Origin: a virus | Direction: 5' to 3' (one strand) | DNA length: 64,000 bases | Virus record (IMG/VR): IMGVR_UViG_3300036893_000013 | Coordinates: 1 to 64,000 of that record | In this document: piece after piece, positions 56,508 through 64,000 of the stretch | Numbering within the stretch: position 1 is the stretch's first letter | Layout of the letters: each line of letters opens with the position of its first letter | The notes under the pieces: model-generated | Seen by the model: the letters and a program-made list of their open reading frames with translations, nothing else | Databases searched by the model: none | Told to the model about the DNA's origin: nothing | Made by a program: the position numbers and the translations under genes

Positions 56508-57617
56508 TTAGTATCCGTAGTAATAGCCGTAATTAAAGGGACTTGCAGGACCAACAGGATAGAACGGACCTAAAACAGAATCTCCGGACATTTGCGTATC
56601 GGGGAAAATACTCCATGCCTGTTCTTCCCTCTCTCCTGCTCTTATAGCTTGCTCAATTTGTTCATGCCACATCTGATTCTGCATAGCTGCGCGGGGGGAA
56701 TTAGCATGTTGAAGGCATTTAGCAACAAATCCTTCCCGGAAAAGATAAGCTAAATCATCTGGAACTGGAGAAATAGTCTGGTCTAAATACTTGAATCTAG
56801 GTGCTCTACGTTGGTAAACAATCCAAAATAACCAAGTAAATCCGCCTTCAGCAGGCAGAGGATTTACTCTTATAGCAAAGCCATTAGGATTAGCTACTGT
56901 CCAAGTAAGAGTACCGTCAGGTACCGTAGTACCCGGGGGCGAGGCGGGAGGAAGTTCCGGAGCAGTAGAACCCGAAGTTCCAAAATTAGCACCCGTACTG
57001 TTATAGGGATTAGGTGTCGGTAAAGGAATATTAGTCCCTTGATATCCTTGAACATTAGGAGTAAGGCCCATGATAGAAGTGTCTAGGAATAGCATGTTCC
57101 CATTAGCATCTACGATTTGTTGAATAGGAGTTTGCGGAGAACCAGAAGTACCATATCCGCAGTTGTATACTGTATTAGCAGTCCAAGTACCAAAATTACA
57201 CTGGTTATTAGGTATAAAGCATACTATACTGGGATTTCCCTGATAAGGAGTAAGTCCCATGTCTCTATTAGTTTCCATAAGAAACAGTGGTTTTGGACAG
57301 AGATTGCCTGTATTAGTGTTATTATTGATATCAATTCTAAATGCTGACGTTAGCCAGCCCACGTCAGTTAGATTAGTAATATAGTCTTGCTGTAGAGAAT
57401 TAGATAAGAATAAGGGAACATAAGACGCATTCCATCTCCAATTCAAACCTTGCGATAGAATTTTTTGAAGAACATCGTTAGCGAAGGTCAGCGCTGGTTC
57501 AAAAGTATAGCCACCCGCAGGAAGAATTGGATTACACTCAGAAAAACTTCTAGCATAATCAACTACTTCCTGTAGGGTTATAGAGCTAGGTGGAACTAGA
57601 TTTGGAAGAACAGGCAT
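56508..57617 (-). CDS. Tail adaptor/tubular protein A-like with inserted module
   Basis: ITLQEVVDY...ANDVLQKIL...WRWN; C-terminal RVNPLP...YQRRAP...VPDD; no signal peptide. Confidence 0.6.
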   Translation of the reverse strand: MPVLPNLVPPSSITLQEVVDYARSFSECNPILPAGGYTFEPALTFANDVLQKILSQGLNWRWNASYVPLFLSNSLQQDYITNLTDVGWLTSAFRIDINNNTNTGNLCPKPLFLMETNRDMGLTPYQGNPSIVCFIPNNQCNFGTWTANTVYNCGYGTSGSPQTPIQQIVDANGNMLFLDTSIMGLTPNVQGYQGTNIPLPTPNPYNSTGANFGTSGSTAPELPPASPPGTTVPDGTLTWTVANPNGFAIRVNPLPAEGGFTWLFWIVYQRRAPRFKYLDQTISPVPDDLAYLFREGFVAKCLQHANSPRAAMQNQMWHEQIEQAIRAGEREEQAWSIFPDTQMSGDSVLGPFYPVGPASPFNYGYYYGY

Positions 57618-57625
57618 GGGTTTCC

Positions 57626-58297
57626 TTAATTAATCACTGAACCTGTCAGGTTTTGTGGAGTGGGTGGAGTTGGTATAGAGGGGGCAGTAGCCACGACAAC
57701 TGAAAAGGTATTACTAGGGGCACTTTGCGTACCCGCCGCGTCAACTGAAACTACGTAGTAATCATATGTAGTCGAAGCATCGATTGTTTTATCAGTATAG
57801 GTTGTAGTTTGTATAGCTGTTGGTGTCAGTTGTATTGCTGACCCTCCAGCAACAGATCGAAATACAAGGTACCCAGTTACAGCCGGAGTGCTAGTAGTAG
57901 GAGCTTGCCATACGAGTGATACACCACAAGCCGGATTAGGATCAGTAGCACAGAACAGAGCGGGAGTTACTGGAGTTACTGGGGTTACTGGAGGCGTTGT
58001 TCCCGCAGCATTGACCGTCAGCGTCAATTTCGTCGTCGTATAAACACCAGCCGTGGGCGTGGCCTGCTGAACCTCGATATTATAGGTTCCTGCTGCCGTT
58101 GGAGTACCTGAAAGAATTCCAGTGGTGTTATCGTAACTTAATCCGTCTGCTGATATCTCCTGTATACCGTTAATTGTGACCAGATAACCGCCGTTTGAAA
58201 CAGGTGCCGCAATAGCCTGACTGAAAGGTACCCCTACAGTTGCGGTTGTGGTTTGAGCGTAAACAGTAGATGCCAGCAAAAATAGTATTAGTTTCAT
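57626..58297 (-). CDS. Signal-peptide protein: putative Ig (He_PIG-like) plus FN3 domain
   Basis: MKLILFLLASTVYA|QT; GLSYDNTTGILSGTPTAAGTY; PVT linker; VSLVWQAP...GYLVFRS...YTD...YDYYVVSVD..G.QSAPSN. Confidence 0.8.
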   Translation of the reverse strand: MKLILFLLASTVYAQTTTATVGVPFSQAIAAPVSNGGYLVTINGIQEISADGLSYDNTTGILSGTPTAAGTYNIEVQQATPTAGVYTTTKLTLTVNAAGTTPPVTPVTPVTPALFCATDPNPACGVSLVWQAPTTSTPAVTGYLVFRSVAGGSAIQLTPTAIQTTTYTDKTIDASTTYDYYVVSVDAAGTQSAPSNTFSVVVATAPSIPTPPTPQNLTGSVIN

Positions 58298-61200
58298 TTT
58301 AATTGTACCTGTTTGGCGATTAAGTTCCCACTCAGTCCAATTGGTGGAGGAAGCGGTACTGAGCTAAAGTTAGCTGTAAACGTAGAAGCTTGATTTAAAG
58401 AGAATTGAGGACATGGATTTATTGTGCCTACGCAAACAGCACTACCTGATGCCCCGGACCACCCTGAAAAAGCATATCCCGGATTAGCCACTGGAGTGCA
58501 TGGTCCGATCAATGTACCAGAAACATAAGAAGCTGTAGCACAATTTGTACCTGTAATATATCCGTTCGAAGCTATGGTAGTCAGGGAAACTCCGCTAGTA
58601 ATTACCCATGTTCCACCTTCAACTGCTGAAGAAGTATATCCGGCTTGACATGCAATTACCCTCATCGTGGTTGTTGTTGAAAATGACTGTGCAGCATACG
58701 CAGGACTAGAACAGGTTGGTGCTGAGCCATCTAAAGTCATGAACATAGAGCAACCAGAAGTTGGAGAAGTCCAACTTACTGAAACAGGAGGAGTAGAGTA
58801 AGTGCCTGAATAGTTCGGTGGGTTTTGATAAGGATTCCCGCAAGTAGAAGTACCTCCCGTAAAAGTTGCAGTTACGGTGGTTGCAGTTGTCAAAACAAAC
58901 GAAGGACATGGATTTGTTGTTCCACTGCAAGCAGCATTGCCAGATACCGTCCATCCTGCAAAGGTTGATCCACCGGTGGCTGTTGCTGTCAAAGGACCTA
59001 TAGTTGTACCTGATGTATAAGAACCTGTTAAAGAATTTGTACCAGTAATTGTGCCTGTTCCAGACCCAGAAGTTGAAACAGTTAAACTTACTAATGTACT
59101 TCCTCCAATAAGTGGATGTGGATACTGGGCAGGAATATATGCAATAGTCCAAGTATTTGTAGAGGTACATTTGAACAACTCACCTTGTCCAAACCCATTG
59201 CCACTGCTATTCCAGTTCCCCTGATCTGTCGCCCAGTACCCTACGCCTGTAGTGCAGCTAGAGGGCCGATTCGCTAATGCACCAAACCCAACACCGCATG
59301 TGTAATTTCCGGACCCTGCGTTACAAGTTGTTGAACCATTAAATGGAACTGTTGTTGAAGTTTGTGCTGTTGGACCGGAGAGGCCCCCAGCCTTCCAATC
59401 GTCGGTGTAGAAATCACGATTTTGGATGGTCTGTCCAGCATAATTAGTCCCGAATTGTTGACCTAGAAATGAGGCGGGGGTAATGGTATCATCCCATTCA
59501 TAAGCAGGATCAAGCACTTCGTTCATCGGCGCGGTTGGAGTTGGTACTGCCGCTCCTGAAATATAAGCCCCTTGCCCTCTTCCCCACTGATCTTCGCAAA
59601 CCGTGGCCCGGATGATCTTATAAGTATCTCCGGGATTGTAAGAGGCCCCGTTGTTGATTTCGGCGTACATCGTCAGGGTGTTGTTAGTGTTGGATGTGAT
59701 CTGCGCACCGAAGCTTTGCGTTGTATCGTAGAAGAAATAAGGTGCGCCATAAGGTGCCCACTGATTAGTTGTCCAACTCTTCGACGTATCGGTAATCGTT
59801 GTTGTCCCGCCCCCAGTCAGCGTGCTTGAGACATAAGTCACATTGTCCACGGTATCGCCGGGATCGATTGAGGTCAATCCACCGCATGTTCCGAAAAAGG
59901 GGTTAGCTAGAGCAATACGGTAGGTCGTACCGTCCATGATCTGGTTAAAGTAAGCTCCACCTGAACTAATACCGGTATTACCAAATGCAATCCCTGTACC
60001 ACCCCTGAATGAGACAACAGCATCACCGCAATTTAAGGTACAAGTAAGCACATTTCCGTATGTTTCTGTATGTCTTCCAGACCTCGGTCTGCCAGTCGAA
60101 TCTGTTCCGTGAACGGCTGTATAAGCAAAAGCGTTGTAACCTATCGAATGATTAAAGCGATTTACGACTCGGCATCCACCACTTTGGTTAACTGTGATAC
60201 CAGCTTCGGTGCAATCATTGAATGTGGAACCATTTAAATTAACCTGATTATTTTCTGCAAACCAGTTAGTCAATCCGCCGAAACTATCTGGTTGTGCCCA
60301 TGAGTTATCGCCAAACTGTCCCACCCCGAGATAGGAGGACATCTGTGCGGTGTAAAGATGGTTTGAAAGACTACCTGTTGGGAGGGTGGAGTGATCTACA
60401 ACTCCAATGGCATCATCCACTCGGATCATGTCCACTGTGTTATCGCCGTTGCCGGATTCAGTCCACTGCGTTGAAATGCCAAAACCGATGTTATCAACAC
60501 GCACTTGAGGAAATCCGGCAGAAGTGGATGTTCCCTCGATAAATACCACTCCACCCAAACTCGTAGAACCGTTGATTGGGTCCAGATTCATACTCTCAAG
60601 TTTCGTTACATTACTAGTTCCATTATATGTAGGCTGAAGGAACCAGATAGGACCACTCGGATTGTTGGATTTTATCGTTAGAGTATTAGAACCTGATCCA
60701 AATGTTGATGTGCCTGTATTAGCACCTGCGTTTGGACCAGTAATATCAATTGAAGCTGTTACTACTACATCAGTTGTCCACGTACAGGTGCCCGCAGGAA
60801 TTGAAATAATATCTCCATTACAAGCAATATGGGCCGGTCCATTGATAGCTGAGTTGACATCGGATTGGTTGCAAGATGCAGCCGTGTAATTACCACATCC
60901 TGTAGAAGTACCGCTGGCACTGAGAGTTGCATTTGAACTTAGTGTGCAGGAAGCTGTCCCCGTTCCTGAAACCCCGCTACAAGACCCAGTACCAGACCAC
61001 CCAGAACTGAACGTATACCCAGCACTTGGCGTAAACGTGCATGGTCCAATAGAAGTTCCTGAAGCATATGTTCCAGTTGCACAATTAGCACCCGAAATTG
61101 TACCGTTGGTTGCGGTTACCACCAATGAATAATTAGTAGGTGTAGAGCCAGTACTTACAAAAGTAGTGATGCTTTGTGCAGGTATCGTGTAGGTGAATGA

Positions 61201-62511
61201 CTGACTTGAAACGGTTATATTTGCCAACTGCTGAATACTTTGAGTTGCAGAAGTAATGGTTGGCGTAAGAGTCGTGAACGTCGGGGCGTTCGTGATGTTG
61301 AAAACTTGGGAGAGCGAGGACCCGGTGTAGTTAGTCGCGATGATGACCAGTGTGTTTGAAGAAGTTTGTTGATACGCTGAAACTGTAACTCCGCTTTGCG
61401 GGTTGTGCGTAGCACTAATACGGTAGTAGCCGGGTCGAACGAATTTGCTGTACTGTGCTAATACGTAAGCCCTATCTGCAACCGCATATCCGCTTGCAGC
61501 ATTGGCTATAAGCGAGCCGTTGCTTGTTGTTCCTGCCCCTCCAGCCTGATTGAAGTCGATTAGCTGCCAGAAAAGCCACATGTTAGCTCCATCTTGCATC
61601 CGCTGATCGATGATCGCACCCCAACACAAACCGTCTGAAATCGTGGCGGTGAAGCTTGAATACGAACCGCACGCCGGACCATAGCTGGGACCTTGTGATG
61701 CTTCTGTTTCCCACCATTTCTTTCCGCTTGCCCAACCCGCAGGATAAGTGGCAGGACTTACTGGAGGTACTCCACCAGAAAGAAAAGCATCGTAATCGTG
61801 CCAATCTGCGACTCCAAGATAAGTCGTGCAGGAGGGGTCTGTACCGCAAGTTCCACCACTCGATGATACCGCACTGTACTGGTAAGAAGTGGGCATGAGG
61901 ATTAGTGCCGGGATGCTTTGGGAAGCGAAGGTCGGTCCTAGATTAGTTTTGATAAAAGTATCGATGTTTCCCGAAGACCATAAGGCACTGTCATACGTCT
62001 CGCATTCTTCAGGCTCGTTTTGGACTCCCATTCCGTATAACTGAATACCATAGTAGGTCGAGAGGCTTTTGTAGAAGTTTGCGCCCCAGATTGCGTAGTC
62101 GCCGTAATGTCCAGATGCAAGTGCTCCTGAACCGGGATTACATATTGTGCTGTTATTGGTGGTATATATGGCGGGCGGGGACCAAGGATGAGAGATAATT
62201 CTCACGTTTTGAGATGCAGCGTACTGCAAGTCGGCAATTACAGATCCAGCGCATCCAGAATTAACAGTCGTACAACTTTGGCCGGGACCATCCTGATGGC
62301 CATTAGTCTGCCCTATCCGCAAAACTGACAAACCGAGTTGCCCTGTTCCATTTCCGAAGAAAAATTGCTGGTGTGCATTAGACATGGAAGTAGTCCAGCC
62401 TTCGTTCGAACCACCGAAGCCATCGATTATCTGGGCTGGGGCAGTCCAGTTGATGGTGGCCTGTCCAGCAAGCGAGAGCGGAAAGAGCAGCAGAAGTATA
62501 AGTCTTTTCAT
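58294..62511 (-). CDS. Signal-peptide multidomain protein: GH30 glycoside hydrolase, three InlB-B-like repeats, beta-helix-like domain, chitobiase-type domain
   Basis: Start MKRLILLLLFPLSLAG|Q (TAATG overlap at 62511); QIIDGFGGS, LGLSVLRI, PWSPP, QNEPE (acid/base), WWETE (nucleophile), QYSKFVRPGYYRI, SITTFV. Confidence 0.82.
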   Translation of the reverse strand: MKRLILLLLFPLSLAGQATINWTAPAQIIDGFGGSNEGWTTSMSNAHQQFFFGNGTGQLGLSVLRIGQTNGHQDGPGQSCTTVNSGCAGSVIADLQYAASQNVRIISHPWSPPAIYTTNNSTICNPGSGALASGHYGDYAIWGANFYKSLSTYYGIQLYGMGVQNEPEECETYDSALWSSGNIDTFIKTNLGPTFASQSIPALILMPTSYQYSAVSSSGGTCGTDPSCTTYLGVADWHDYDAFLSGGVPPVSPATYPAGWASGKKWWETEASQGPSYGPACGSYSSFTATISDGLCWGAIIDQRMQDGANMWLFWQLIDFNQAGGAGTTSNGSLIANAASGYAVADRAYVLAQYSKFVRPGYYRISATHNPQSGVTVSAYQQTSSNTLVIIATNYTGSSLSQVFNITNAPTFTTLTPTITSATQSIQQLANITVSSQSFTYTIPAQSITTFVSTGSTPTNYSLVVTATNGTISGANCATGTYASGTSIGPCTFTPSAGYTFSSGWSGTGSCSGVSGTGTASCTLSSNATLSASGTSTGCGNYTAASCNQSDVNSAINGPAHIACNGDIISIPAGTCTWTTDVVVTASIDITGPNAGANTGTSTFGSGSNTLTIKSNNPSGPIWFLQPTYNGTSNVTKLESMNLDPINGSTSLGGVVFIEGTSTSAGFPQVRVDNIGFGISTQWTESGNGDNTVDMIRVDDAIGVVDHSTLPTGSLSNHLYTAQMSSYLGVGQFGDNSWAQPDSFGGLTNWFAENNQVNLNGSTFNDCTEAGITVNQSGGCRVVNRFNHSIGYNAFAYTAVHGTDSTGRPRSGRHTETYGNVLTCTLNCGDAVVSFRGGTGIAFGNTGISSGGAYFNQIMDGTTYRIALANPFFGTCGGLTSIDPGDTVDNVTYVSSTLTGGGTTTITDTSKSWTTNQWAPYGAPYFFYDTTQSFGAQITSNTNNTLTMYAEINNGASYNPGDTYKIIRATVCEDQWGRGQGAYISGAAVPTPTAPMNEVLDPAYEWDDTITPASFLGQQFGTNYAGQTIQNRDFYTDDWKAGGLSGPTAQTSTTVPFNGSTTCNAGSGNYTCGVGFGALANRPSSCTTGVGYWATDQGNWNSSGNGFGQGELFKCTSTNTWTIAYIPAQYPHPLIGGSTLVSLTVSTSGSGTGTITGTNSLTGSYTSGTTIGPLTATATGGSTFAGWTVSGNAACSGTTNPCPSFVLTTATTVTATFTGGTSTCGNPYQNPPNYSGTYSTPPVSVSWTSPTSGCSMFMTLDGSAPTCSSPAYAAQSFSTTTTMRVIACQAGYTSSAVEGGTWVITSGVSLTTIASNGYITGTNCATASYVSGTLIGPCTPVANPGYAFSGWSGASGSAVCVGTINPCPQFSLNQASTFTANFSSVPLPPPIGLSGNLIAKQVQLK

Positions 62512-64000
62512 TATTGTAAAGCCACACTCACGTTGATGAAATTTTCCGTGGTCCCAGTCGTCCATGTTGGGGTATAGAGTCCCGCTGATGCCTGCGTATA
62601 ATGACCTCCCGCTTGGGTGGCTCCTGCCGAATTGGTTGCGTTTATATCGAACGAAAAAGGAGATGGAGCACTAAGAGCTACCCCAGCCCCTATTCCAATG
62701 AACGTGAGGACTAGAGAATTTGCTGCGGTAGTAGTAAGGGAAGAACCTGTACAACTGGACGAGCAGGAGGCCGTGCCGTAACTGGACAGCACGATCCCTG
62801 TTGTCGTGGCATTTGATATCTGTTCTAAGACTCCACCCATCCCAGCATAAGAAGTTGAGGTTCCTGATACTGTGACCGTACAAGAACCGGTGACATTTGC
62901 AACCCCTGTCCAGATTGACTGGCCCGAGGACCCGGTGGTTGGTGAACCCTGTGCAGTCCAAGTGGGTACACAACCTGAAGGCGTGTTCCATGCTGTAACG
63001 TTAATTCCAAGACCCCAAAGTACCAGCGTATTTCCAGTCGTGATTGATAATGTGACCGTGCTAGACGGATTTACACTGTAGGCTCCTACCACACCAGCAG
63101 CAGATACAAAAGTCGGATTACCGCCCCCTCCACCTGATCCTCCACCAAGCACAATCCAAGTTCCGGAAGACCCATTACAAGCAACGAAAGCAAAATTTGA
63201 TCCGCCACTAACATAAGTAGCACCAGAAATAGCGGATGTTGAATCTGTAACTGTTGCGGTGGGCCAAGGTTGAGACATGCTACTGCTACAAGTAGGAATA
63301 GGATTTGATGAGGCATTGCCAGCGGTGTATGATATGACACCGGGACCTGTACCAGCTATAACTACAGGAACATGGGCAGTCAGATCACCACTGTTGGTAA
63401 TATTGTAATCGAAGGGTAGATATGAAGTGGCTGTTGTAGCTGTAGCCGCCATAACTCCATACCCGGCAATTTGGCCGGTAATAGAACCTGCGGGAGTACA
63501 CCACGTACCGTTACCACACCAGACAGTTGAACCAGAGGCTCCGGTTCCCCCATTAAAATTAGCTATTTGTAGATTTCCTGTAACTCCACCAGCACCCGTC
63601 CCAGCTAGGTTAATTGCGGGAATAACCGAGGAGTTCAACAATCCACTTGAAAGCTGTGGAATGTCTGAGCCTGAATTACCGACAGTATAACTTGTTCCCC
63701 ACCCAGAACCAGTTGAGTTTGCAAGTCCGGCCCCGGGGTAGGTTGAAGAGGCGCAAGAAGAACAAGAAATACTAATACCTAAAGCAGTGGTGGTAATAGA
63801 AAGGGGAGAGTTGGCAGTAATATTTGTGCCTATATAGCTACCCAGATCATATAGTTGAGGAGCTATTAGACTTCCGGTAGGTTCTTCTCCTAGAAAATAA
63901 GCATGTCCAGTAGTGGTCTGGCCCGATACATAGGATGTAGTGTTAGCGCTGGACTGATAAGGAATAGAGCCTAAACTACCCCCAGCTAGTCCTCCGGCAT
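62511..64000 (-). CDS. Tail-fibre-like Gly/Ser/Thr-rich protein; 5' end lies beyond the window
   Basis: Frame has no stop up to 64000 (...GGSLGSIPYQSSANTT...CSSC...YPGAGLANSTGSGWGTSY...NFNGGTGASGSTVWCGNGTW). Confidence 0.7.
   Translation of the reverse strand, partial: AGGLAGGSLGSIPYQSSANTTSYVSGQTTTGHAYFLGEEPTGSLIAPQLYDLGSYIGTNITANSPLSITTTALGISISCSSCASSTYPGAGLANSTGSGWGTSYTVGNSGSDIPQLSSGLLNSSVIPAINLAGTGAGGVTGNLQIANFNGGTGASGSTVWCGNGTWCTPAGSITGQIAGYGVMAATATTATSYLPFDYNITNSGDLTAHVPVVIAGTGPGVISYTAGNASSNPIPTCSSSMSQPWPTATVTDSTSAISGATYVSGGSNFAFVACNGSSGTWIVLGGGSGGGGGNPTFVSAAGVVGAYSVNPSSTVTLSITTGNTLVLWGLGINVTAWNTPSGCVPTWTAQGSPTTGSSGQSIWTGVANVTGSCTVTVSGTSTSYAGMGGVLEQISNATTTGIVLSSYGTASCSSSCTGSSLTTTAANSLVLTFIGIGAGVALSAPSPFSFDINATNSAGATQAGGHYTQASAGLYTPTWTTGTTENFINVSVALQ

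Noticed and set aside
51667-62511. Host chromosomal DNA or misassembly explaining the secreted CAZymes
   Set aside because: The genes overlap or abut phage tail genes, alternate with them on one strand and include fibre motifs; read mapping should still confirm contiguity.
35985-63690. Many short opposite-strand and nested ORFs in the track, in both arms
   Set aside because: Shadow ORFs of long genes, with no RBS or recognisable motifs.
46268-64000. Diversity-generating retroelement or invertible cassette acting on fibres
   Set aside because: No reverse transcriptase, no near-identical TR/VR pair and no inverted segments seen; repeats are divergent at the DNA level.

Overview
This window is a 64-kb, almost fully coding segment of a dsDNA bacteriophage genome with podovirus-like tail genes; RecA and the style of the secreted proteins suggest an Acidobacteriota host (inference). 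Two convergent arms meet at a hairpin terminator near 35.85 kb. The + arm (1-35859) encodes replication, recombination, nucleotide metabolism and probable counter-defence functions: an intein-containing NAMPT/NadV, two RNA ligases, PNKP, a nucleotidyltransferase, tRNA-Leu(TAA), endolysin, family A DNA polymerase, tyrosine recombinase, SSAP, SSB, UvrD, a RecB/Cas4-like nuclease, primase-helicase, a Tad2-like protein, class II RNR with two inteins, and RecA. The - arm (35866-64000) is a virion module: ejection proteins, a GNAT-like protein, and a tail nozzle and adaptor that both carry inserted domains. The most unusual feature is that five genes in this tail operon start with cleavable Sec-type signal peptides and are tightly coupled to the structural genes. 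They encode a GH30 glycoside hydrolase multidomain protein, an Ig/FN3 protein, a protein with classical tail-fibre repeats, a beta-helix protein and an L-type lectin. Most are rich in paired cysteines and three share a short C-terminal tag. This suggests a module in which fibres and carbohydrate-active proteins are exported, folded in the periplasm and added to virions at lysis, or act from the host envelope. All family calls come from motif recognition by eye; no searches were run.
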